From Eikenella halliae (GTDB lineage: Bacteria > Pseudomonadota > Gammaproteobacteria > Burkholderiales > Neisseriaceae), in NCBI RefSeq assembly GCF_001648475.1, contig NZ_LXSQ01000017.1, positions 18,298 to 50,297 on the forward strand: a stretch of 32,000 nucleotides of DNA, written 5' to 3'. Positions 20,130 through 27,056 of this stretch are shown one piece after another. A model generated the notes under the pieces. The model was not told the origin of the DNA. It searched no databases and worked only from the letters and a program-made list of their open reading frames with translations. The position numbers and the translations under genes are program-made. Each line of letters opens with the position of its first letter. The stretch's first letter is position 1.

Positions 20130-20552
20130 ATGCCCCACATCCTTCCCACCCACTACGCCGGCCAGCCCCTGCCAGCCGAATACCTCGCCATGATTAGTCA
20201 GGCACATGCCATCCAAGTGTATGAAACACCTGAAGGTAAAAATGTGGATTTCGAACCGCCTAGGCTATTGTGCAAAACAGACCACAATGGCCTGCCCTAC
20301 TACGCAGACCTTTCCGATCCCGAGTTCTACTTCAAAGCCACCGAAACCAGCAGCGATTGGCCGCAATTATCGCTGGAAGAAATACAGCAGGGCTTTACCA
20401 TCGGCAGCCACAACGAAGGCCGCTTGTTCCTCCTGCCCAACCAATCCGTTTGGCTGATTTACAGCGATTTGTTCTACCAAAAAATTGCCGACCACTTCAG
20501 CCAATGGTTTGCCGGCCTCAGCTTTTCCTTTGAAGCAGGCGGCGGAGATTAA
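20130..20552 (+). CDS. Hypothetical protein, possibly SMI1/KNR4 (SUKH)-like
   Basis: 140-aa ORF with an ATG start. The pattern LPAEYLAMI ... IGSHNEGRLFLL ... VWLIYSD ... FSQWF resembles SUKH immunity-type proteins. The family call is tentative. Confidence 0.55.
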   Translation: MPHILPTHYAGQPLPAEYLAMISQAHAIQVYETPEGKNVDFEPPRLLCKTDHNGLPYYADLSDPEFYFKATETSSDWPQLSLEEIQQGFTIGSHNEGRLFLLPNQSVWLIYSDLFYQKIADHFSQWFAGLSFSFEAGGGD

Positions 20553-20632
20553 GTTTCTCCATCTAAGGCTACCTGAAAATAAAGCCTTAACGTGGTTACC
20601 TAAAAAGTCCAAGCTCCTGCGGATATGGAACA

Positions 20633-21253
20633 ATGAAACCAACAGTCTACGAAACGGTACGCCTCCTGCAGCAAACCATCCCGCTGCCGGTTCAGGCGGT
20701 ATTGGCTCTGCTCAAGCAACACGGTAGTCCTGAAGCCGCCCGCGCCGCCTACCGTGCCGACCAAATCGCCCATATCAGCCAAACTGCCGGTTGCAGTGAA
20801 ACCGAAGCTGCCGAACACTACGACAAACACCAAGGCAACACCGAACGTGCCATCCGAGCCATCCTCCGTACCCCCGTTTATTTGGGCGAACCCGTTATCA
20901 ACGGTGAAAAATCCGGCTACGCCATCACGCCCTTGGATGAAAAAGGCAACGAGGCTGCGGGCAGGCATGCCTTTATCCAATCCGAAAATTTCGAGCCGGT
21001 CAAGCCTCTGTTTGCGCCGTATTTCCCACGGCAATGCCCGCTTTCTGGCCAAGAAGAGCACGGTTTGAACCCCACGTCGGACAACTATTTCCCGGCCGCC
21101 CAATGCCTGGAAATCGCCGACCGGCTGCGTCAAACCGCCTCCGGGATGCCGGATAACGGAACCACCCGCTTATTCCTAGCCGTTGCCGCCTATTTGGAAA
21201 CATCCTGCCGCCAAGCCGATTGCCGCTACCTCGACTTTTACGGTACGCTGTAG
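20633..21253 (+). CDS. Hypothetical protein with two UBA/EF-Ts-N-like helical motifs
   Basis: 206-aa ORF. LALLKQHGSPEAARAAY and ETEAAEHYDKHQGNTERAIRAIL resemble tandem UBA-like motifs. The C-terminal ~130 aa are unknown. Confidence 0.5.
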   Translation: MKPTVYETVRLLQQTIPLPVQAVLALLKQHGSPEAARAAYRADQIAHISQTAGCSETEAAEHYDKHQGNTERAIRAILRTPVYLGEPVINGEKSGYAITPLDEKGNEAAGRHAFIQSENFEPVKPLFAPYFPRQCPLSGQEEHGLNPTSDNYFPAAQCLEIADRLRQTASGMPDNGTTRLFLAVAAYLETSCRQADCRYLDFYGTL

Positions 21254-21297
21254 CCTGTCGGGAAGGCTACCTGAAAACCAACCCCTTCCCCAACCCC

Positions 21298-21350
21298 GCG
21301 CGGTTCGCAACCCTCCCGCGCAGATTTTTATCTAAACCAAAACTAAGGAC
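21298..21350 (+). promoter_or_regulatory. preQ1-I riboswitch (yhhQ leader) with an extra hairpin
   Basis: GCGCGG-UUCGCAACCCUC-CCGCGC, then AGAUUUUUAUCU, then AAACCAAAACUAAGGAC, 5 nt before the ATG. The core cgcggttcgcaaccctcccgcg is identical to the copy at 19291. Confidence 0.75.
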
Positions 21351-21355
21351 CATTC

Positions 21356-22075
21356 ATGCAAAACTACCGCTTCACCCCCGCCCAACAGCAGCAAGCCCTC
21401 CGTTGGCTCGTTTTCTTCCACATCCTGGTGATTGCTGCCAGCAACTATCTCGTGCAGTTCCCCTTCAGCGTCACCCTGCCCAACGGCTTCGAAGTGCATT
21501 CCACCTGGGGCGCGCTCAGCTTCCCTTTCATCTTCCTCGCCACCGATTTAACCGTGCGCATCTTCGGCCAAAGCCTCGCCCGGCGCATTATCTTCTTTGT
21601 TATGTTCCCCGCCTTGCTCGTTTCTTATGCCTTTTCCGTGCTGTTTCAAGAAGGCGCGTGGACAGGCTGGAGCGCGCTTGCCGTGTTCGTGATGCCCGTG
21701 TTCCGCATCGCCCTGGCCAGCTTTGCTGCCTATGCCGTCGGTCAAATTCTCGATATTGTCGTGTTCAACCGCCTGCGCCAGCTGAAATCTTGGTGGATCG
21801 CCCCCACCGCCTCCACCTTCGCCGGCAACGCCGTGGATACCGTGCTTTTCTTCTCCATCGCCTTCGCCGGCAGCAGCGATGCCTTTATGGCCGCCAACTG
21901 GCCGCACATCGCCTTTGTCGATTACCTGTTCAAACTCGTGATCGGTACACTCTTCTTCCTACCCGCCTACGGCCTCATCCTCAACATCCTCACCCGCAAG
22001 CTCACCACCTTGCACCAAGCTGTTGCCACCGAAGCCGTATCCGCCCAGCCGGAAGCCGCCGGCCAATCCAATTAA
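21356..22075 (+). CDS. yhhQ: Queuosine precursor (preQ0/preQ1) transporter, YhhQ/DUF165 family
   Basis: Collinear with E. coli YhhQ: SNYLVQ, TWGA(L/F)SFPFIFLATDLTVRIFG, GQILDI, VFNRLRQ, WW(I/L)APTAST. Confidence 0.93.
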   Translation: MQNYRFTPAQQQQALRWLVFFHILVIAASNYLVQFPFSVTLPNGFEVHSTWGALSFPFIFLATDLTVRIFGQSLARRIIFFVMFPALLVSYAFSVLFQEGAWTGWSALAVFVMPVFRIALASFAAYAVGQILDIVVFNRLRQLKSWWIAPTASTFAGNAVDTVLFFSIAFAGSSDAFMAANWPHIAFVDYLFKLVIGTLFFLPAYGLILNILTRKLTTLHQAVATEAVSAQPEAAGQSN

Positions 22076-22078
22076 ACT

Positions 22079-22115
22079 TTCAGGTAGCCTTTTGTTTGTT
22101 CAAAGGCTACCTGAA
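22079..22115 (+). terminator. Inverted DUS pair (reverse copy first) after yhhQ
   Basis: ttcaggtagccttttgtttgttcaaaggctacctgaa. Confidence 0.55.
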
Positions 22116-22279
22116 ACTAAAACCGTAGGCCGGGCATTCATGCCAAACAACTGTCAGGCGAAAATATCGGGCATAAGCCTGCCAGCCGTCGGCTGATGTG
22201 GCTGCACCGGTATAAATATTTTCAGGTAGCCTAAGGCTACCTGAAACCATATTCCCTTACACCAATCCTAAAACCCGCC

Positions 22280-22957
22280 ATGCCCCTCCTCACCCACACC
22301 CTCGCCAACGGCCAAACCATCCAACTCCACCTCAGCCGCCGTGCCAAGAAAAACATCATCCTGCGGGCGTACAGCGAACACAGCCTGCGTCTCAGCATCC
22401 CTCCACAGCTAAGCATGCCCGAGTTGCGCCGCTGGCTACAACACAACGAAACCGCCCTGCAGCAAATGCTCCGGCGCAGCCCCGCCCCAGCTACTGCCCC
22501 CAGCCACCTCTGGCTCTACGGCCAGCCGCACCAACTGCAATCCCACGCCCAAGCCGCCATCCAAATCCAGCCCGGCCGCATCCTCCTGCCCGCAGCCGAA
22601 TGGACGCAACAGCAAGCCCTCCTGCGCCAACACCTCCAGCCGCTGGCCGAAGCCTACCTCCTCCCCCGCCTCGCCACACACGCCCAGCGCCTGCAACTCA
22701 TTCCCGAGCACACCGCCCTCAGCCGCGCCAAAACCTTCTGGGGCGTATGCCGCCGCCGCAATATCCGCCTCAACTGGCGGCTCGTCGGCGCGCCCGAATA
22801 CGTGGCCGACTATGTTTGTGTGCACGAACTCTGCCACCTGCGCCATCCCAACCACAGCCCCAACTTTTGGGCAGAAGTCGAACAACACACCCCGCACCGA
22901 CCCGCCGCTACCGACTGGCTCAAACAGCATGGCCGCGATTTATTCCTACTGGGCTAA
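22280..22957 (+). CDS. YgjP-like (DUF45/M48-related) metal-dependent hydrolase
   Basis: 225 aa with the zinc motif HELCHLRHPNHSPNFWAEV near the C-terminus. Confidence 0.85.
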   Translation: MPLLTHTLANGQTIQLHLSRRAKKNIILRAYSEHSLRLSIPPQLSMPELRRWLQHNETALQQMLRRSPAPATAPSHLWLYGQPHQLQSHAQAAIQIQPGRILLPAAEWTQQQALLRQHLQPLAEAYLLPRLATHAQRLQLIPEHTALSRAKTFWGVCRRRNIRLNWRLVGAPEYVADYVCVHELCHLRHPNHSPNFWAEVEQHTPHRPAATDWLKQHGRDLFLLG

Positions 22958-22991
22958 AACAATTTTCAGGTAGCCTTTCCGTTGCTAAATT

Positions 22992-23068
22992 TGTAGGGTG
23001 CGTGCGAAACGCACGCACGCGGTTGGAATAACAGCAACGGCGTTCGCGTCTGCGGCGCACACCCTACA
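22992..23068. repeat. REP-like composite palindrome
   Basis: tgtagggtg (22992-23000) pairs with caccctaca (23060-23068). An inner perfect hairpin gtgcgtgcg-aaa-cgcacgcac lies at 22998-23018. Confidence 0.7.
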
Positions 23069-23101
23069 CGCCCCCCAAGCAGCCGATAAATCGGATGAAG
23101 A

Positions 23102-23128
23102 AAGGCTACCTGAAATTTCAGGTAGCCT
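23102..23128. repeat. Inverted DUS pair
   Basis: aggctacctgaaatttcaggtagcct. Confidence 0.85.
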
Positions 23129-23139
23129 TTGCGTTGCAG

Positions 23140-24420
23140 ACAAACACGGCGGTTTAAAAGCGCAGCAAGAGTAGCAACTGTATTTTTCACCCCGTCGGGC
23201 AAAAATACCAAAACTCAAATCAAGCCGTTTGGATACCGTTTTCGGTGGTACCGTTTTCGGCAAAGTAATCACGCATCCGGGCATTCAATATCGTCAACAG
23301 TTTGCGCATACATGCCGTAACGGCAACCTTATACGGCTTACCCTTGGACAACAGGCGCTGGTAAAAATCCCGAATAAGCGGTTCAAAACGTGTCGCTAAC
23401 ACGGTGGCCATATACAGCGCCTTACGCACCGCAGACCTTCCGCCAAAGCAGCAGCTTTTGAATTTGGTTTCCCCGCTCTCCCTCGGGTGCGGGGCAATAC
23501 CGACCAGACTCGCTATCCGTTTGTGGTTCAGCCGTCCCAATTCGGGCAGCATCGCCATCAGCGTAGCCGTCGTTATCGAACCGATGCCTTTGATTTGTTC
23601 CGCCACTTTGGCTTTGCCGTCAAAATGTGTGTGGGTGTGGTCATTGATTTGTTTGTCCAAGTCGTCAATCAGCCGGTCAAAATGGGCAATCAGTTGTTTG
23701 ACGCTTTCGACTTGCGTTTCGTGAACCTGATGCAGACGGTTTTTCTCGGCCGTCCGCATATCCACCAGCTGGTTGCGGCGGTTGACCAATGCTTCCAACA
23801 CTTCTTCCGCTTCGGTGGGCGGTTGGTAGAGCATGGTTTGCCAACCTTCTTTCTGTGCCGTCATCTGTGCGAAGAAGGCGAGCATTTGGGCATCTTTGGC
23901 ATCGGTTTTGGTCAGCGACTGTGATTGGGCAAACTGATGCGTCTGACGAGGGTTGGCGATGATCACGGCTATGCCTGCGCGGTGGATGGCTTTGGCGGCG
24001 GGGATTTCGAGACCGCCGGTACTTTCCATGGCGACGAGGGCGACCTTGTGTTTTTTAAGGTATTCGACGGTATGGGCGATTCCTTTGGGGTTGTTGGTTT
24101 CGGTTTTGGTTTTAGACAAAGACGAAACGGCGATGACGAAGTTTCGTTTGGCGATGTCGATGCCTGCGTAATTGTGTTGGGTACTCATCATAAACCTGCC
24201 TTGCATTCGGTTGTGTTGTCTGGCAACTGTCCGGTTGTGTCGATGGGTTGCCCGACCGCTCCCTGAGCTACGCAACGGTTGTTTGCCTTGGTCGGATGCG
24301 GGCGGCGGCGGGCGGTTTGTTGCTAGGATACGGAAGTTCCGATATACAAGGTTGGGTTAGCCGCTGGCGTAACCCGACAAATAAAGTGGAATGTTGGGTT
24401 TACCAACCCAACCTACCGAC
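23140..24420 (-). mobile_element. IS110-family insertion sequence (ends approximate)
   Basis: A single transposase ORF with about 80 nt non-coding 3' and about 229 nt non-coding 5' of it. No terminal inverted repeats are evident, as expected for IS110. It lies between the DUS pair at 23102-23128 and the stop of the 24420-24920 gene. Confidence 0.6.
23220..24191 (-). CDS. IS110-family transposase (DEDD recombinase)
   Basis: The N-terminus has AGIDIAK ... VAMESTGG (DEDD/RuvC-like). The C-terminus has IKGIGSITTATLMAMLPELG...IASLVGIAPHPRESGE...RKALYMA (the IS116/IS110/IS902 domain). Start at the tandem ATGs at 24186-24191; the track's longer start is unlikely. Confidence 0.9.
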   Translation of the reverse strand: MMSTQHNYAGIDIAKRNFVIAVSSLSKTKTETNNPKGIAHTVEYLKKHKVALVAMESTGGLEIPAAKAIHRAGIAVIIANPRQTHQFAQSQSLTKTDAKDAQMLAFFAQMTAQKEGWQTMLYQPPTEAEEVLEALVNRRNQLVDMRTAEKNRLHQVHETQVESVKQLIAHFDRLIDDLDKQINDHTHTHFDGKAKVAEQIKGIGSITTATLMAMLPELGRLNHKRIASLVGIAPHPRESGETKFKSCCFGGRSAVRKALYMATVLATRFEPLIRDFYQRLLSKGKPYKVAVTACMRKLLTILNARMRDYFAENGTTENGIQTA

Positions 24421-24920
24421 TACCGACTGCGTCTGCGGTAATCCGTATCGTCATCGCTGTCTTCATCTTCGTCATAATCTTCATACTGATTTTCGCGGCG
24501 CGCCTTCACCACCGTCATGACAATAAAGCCGTATGCCACCAGGGCGGTCAGGAACGATTGCCAAAGGCTGGCGTCCGCCCCGTTTTGGCAGCGGACGCGT
24601 TTGGGGTTGTTCGGCAGATAAAGGCACTCGATATCCTCGCCCGCTTTCAGTTTGTCCAACTCGCCGGTGCTGATGCTGATGTTGTTCACCGTTACCGGCG
24701 TGCCTTCCGCCGTGGTGTAGTTCAAAGACACGGTGTAATACACTCCGCCGCCCCTGCGTTCCCTGTGTTCGGTGTATTCGTTGGTGGCGGGCGTGAACAT
24801 GGCCCTTTGCCCTTTTTCGCGGAATTGGCTGTTTTCCTTCATCGAGTGGAAGCCCATATACAGGAACACTGTGCCAAGCACAAAAGCGAGCACGCAATAT
24901 AAGGTTGACTTTGAATTCAT
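24420..24920 (-). CDS. Small membrane protein, DUF3592-like, with an acidic C-terminal tail
   Basis: 166 aa: an N-terminal TM helix, a central beta-rich segment, a second TM helix, then YEDYDEDEDSDDDTDY. The stop TAG abuts the IS arm. Confidence 0.65.
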   Translation of the reverse strand: MNSKSTLYCVLAFVLGTVFLYMGFHSMKENSQFREKGQRAMFTPATNEYTEHRERRGGGVYYTVSLNYTTAEGTPVTVNNISISTGELDKLKAGEDIECLYLPNNPKRVRCQNGADASLWQSFLTALVAYGFIVMTVVKARRENQYEDYDEDEDSDDDTDYRRRSR

Positions 24921-25024
24921 AAATGATACCTAATTGATTTTTTTAGAAGTTTAAAAGCGCGCGATTATAACAGATTTCGGCACGGCAACAAGTGCAGGCT
25001 GCCTTATTCAAGCCGAATGGGGAA

Positions 25025-25050
25025 AGGCTACCTGAAATTTCAGGTAGCCT
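25025..25050 (-). terminator. Inverted DUS pair, terminator of the rtcB-prfH operon
   Basis: aggctacctgaaatttcaggtagcct lies 19 nt after the prfH stop and is flanked by ggaa/tttcc extensions. Confidence 0.7.
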
Positions 25051-25068
25051 TTCCCATTGCCCGCGCCA

Positions 25069-25683
25069 TCAAGCCTGTTCGCGGAAATCTTCCCCCTTAA
25101 ACACCCGCCTCGGGTTGCCGCGCTCCACTTGGTAGAGCGATTTGTGCGCATCGGCAGCGTGTTGGCGCAGGGCGGTTTGGTGGTGTTCGGCCAGCTTGAG
25201 CGCGAGCAGTTCCAGCGCGCGTTTTTTGTTGGCGTGCTGGCTGCGCTCGCCCTCGGCGCGTACGGCGATGCCGCTGGCAAGGTGGACGGCGCGCACGGCG
25301 GATTCGGTTTTGTTCACGTGCTGCCCGCCTTTGCCGCCGGCGCGGCAGGTTTGGAATTCGATGCCTTCGTTTTCCGGCAGCACGGGAATTTCAGGTAGCC
25401 TGAACACGCCGATATACCAGTTTTTGCGCGGGTGCTGCGGCCGCAGCGGGCTGGGGCACACCCATTGCAGCGTGCCCTGCCAGCTTGCGGCCAGGCTTTC
25501 GGCACGGCTGCCGGAGAGCTTGAGCACGGCGGAGAGGATGCCGTGTTTGCTCGGGGTTTGTTCCAATATTTCGGCCGCCACGCCAGCCGCTTCGGCCTCG
25601 CACAGGATTTTTTGCAGGGCAAAACGGGCAAACATCTGGCATTCGGCCGGGCCTTGGGCGGTGGAAATTTGCAGATAAATCAT
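25069..25683 (-). CDS. prfH: Peptide chain release factor H (RF-H)
   Basis: 204 aa and collinear with E. coli PrfH: STAQGPAEC, LQWVCPSPLRP, RKNW, GGKGGQHVNKTESAVRAVHLASGI, ERSQHANK, ERGNPRRVF. Lacks RF domain 1. Confidence 0.92.
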   Translation of the reverse strand: MIYLQISTAQGPAECQMFARFALQKILCEAEAAGVAAEILEQTPSKHGILSAVLKLSGSRAESLAASWQGTLQWVCPSPLRPQHPRKNWYIGVFRLPEIPVLPENEGIEFQTCRAGGKGGQHVNKTESAVRAVHLASGIAVRAEGERSQHANKKRALELLALKLAEHHQTALRQHAADAHKSLYQVERGNPRRVFKGEDFREQA

Positions 25684-25686
25684 GGT

Positions 25687-26352
25687 TTACTTCCTTTTCA
25701 TCTTTGGCCGGAACAAATGCTTGGCATCGAAGCCTTTGTTGCCGATTTTGTCTTGGTCGGGCACGCTCGGGCTGGTTTCGGCCTCGTTTTTGAGCTGCGA
25801 GAGGTATGCGCAAAGGTGTTGCCACACGATATCGGGGTCAATGTAGATACCGAGTGCGGAGAGCTGGGGGTTGGCGTAATAGGCAAACCTGCCTTCCTGC
25901 CAGCTGCGCAATCCGGTTTCGCACTCCAGCAGCAGCGGCGCGGCGGGCAATTCCTCCCGCGAGACTACGGTTTCGGCCTGGAATTTTTCGTTTGCACTCA
26001 ATAAGTAGTCTCCATATTGCGGCAGGCAATATTCGCCGCCGTCGTGAAAACGGATTTGGGGGTAAATATCCCGGCCGGGATGCGACGGGCGGCGGATCAC
26101 CTCGGCCACGTCGAACGAGGTGTAAACGCGCGCGCCCGTGTTGAACAAATACACGCGCAGCCTGCCCACATACAGCGCCGACATGGTCACGCACGCGCCG
26201 TATTCCTTCTCCCACCCGGCGGGCGGCTCGGGCAGGCCGTGCGGGATTTCGGCATCCGGGCTCTGGCGGCGGTCGAACACCAGCACGGGGTCGATGCCGT
26301 ATTTGGCTACTTTGTGGTCGTAAAAGTCTTTAAATTTACTGATGATTTTCAC
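25687..26352 (-). CDS. Unknown protein X' (paralog of 26357-27052) inside the rtcB-prfH operon
   Basis: 221 aa with a GTG start and AAGGAAA upstream. It starts 4 nt after the previous stop, and its TAA lies 3 nt before the prfH ATG. No recognisable motif. The C-terminus is basic (FRPKMKRK). Confidence 0.8.
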   Translation of the reverse strand: MKIISKFKDFYDHKVAKYGIDPVLVFDRRQSPDAEIPHGLPEPPAGWEKEYGACVTMSALYVGRLRVYLFNTGARVYTSFDVAEVIRRPSHPGRDIYPQIRFHDGGEYCLPQYGDYLLSANEKFQAETVVSREELPAAPLLLECETGLRSWQEGRFAYYANPQLSALGIYIDPDIVWQHLCAYLSQLKNEAETSPSVPDQDKIGNKGFDAKHLFRPKMKRK

Positions 26353-26356
26353 GGCA

Positions 26357-27052
26357 TCATTTCCTTTTCATTTTCGGCCGGAACGAATACTTGGCATCAA
26401 AGCCTTTGTTGCCGATTTTGTCTTGGTCGGGCACGGGCGGGCTGGTTTCGGCCTCGCTTTTGAGTTGCGAGAGGTATTCGCAAAGGTGCTGCCACACGAT
26501 ATCGGGGTCGATATACACGCCGAGGCCGGAGAGTTGCGGGTTTTCGGCAAAACTTTGGCGGCTGTTGAGCCGGGTGGGCCGGTTTGGGTCGGCGTAATAG
26601 GCGAGCAGCAGCGGCATATGGCGGTATTTGGCGATGATGGGATGGCTACGGCTGCAGCGGCGGGGGCTGAAGTCGGGCGTTTGGCTGTGGCGATACCCCG
26701 GCCAGTAGTAATTATGGCATTGCGGCAGGCAGTATTCGCTGCCGTCGAGGAAGCGCACCATGCTCAAGGGAAATCGGTGGCGGCGGTGTTGCAGATACAC
26801 GGTATCAATGTCGTATGAGCTGTACACCTGCTTCTCGACGGCAAACAGGAACACGCGCAGATTGCCGATATACAGCTCGGACACCACGGCGCACGCGCCG
26901 TATTCCTTCTCCCACTCGGCAGGCGGCTTAGGTAGGCTGCGCAGGATTTCAGCATCTGGCGGTTGGCGGCGGTCAAAAACCAGCACGGGGTCGATGCCGT
27001 ATTTGGCCACTTTGTGATCGTAAAAATCTTTAAATTTACTGATGATTTTCAT
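26357..27052 (-). CDS. Unknown protein X (paralog of 25687-26352) inside the rtcB-prfH operon
   Basis: 231 aa with an ATG 4 nt after the rtcB stop and GGGGAG upstream. The first 30 aa are identical to X'. No recognisable motif. Confidence 0.8.
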   Translation of the reverse strand: MKIISKFKDFYDHKVAKYGIDPVLVFDRRQPPDAEILRSLPKPPAEWEKEYGACAVVSELYIGNLRVFLFAVEKQVYSSYDIDTVYLQHRRHRFPLSMVRFLDGSEYCLPQCHNYYWPGYRHSQTPDFSPRRCSRSHPIIAKYRHMPLLLAYYADPNRPTRLNSRQSFAENPQLSGLGVYIDPDIVWQHLCEYLSQLKSEAETSPPVPDQDKIGNKGFDAKYSFRPKMKRK

Positions 27053-27056
27053 GCCA

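Noticed and set aside
24413-24427. The tandem taccgac-taccgac, considered as a target-site duplication of the IS110 element.
   Set aside because: A target-site duplication should flank both ends, and no matching copy is seen near the other end (23129-23219). IS110-family elements generally do not create such duplications, so this stays only a note.
25687-27052. Absence of DUS in the two unknown paralogs (versus three in rtcB and one in prfH), read as evidence that they were recently inserted from outside.
   Set aside because: Long core genes in the same window, such as glnD (2.5 kb) and argG, also lack any DUS, so absence over 1.4 kb is not informative. The composition of the paralogs also looks host-like.
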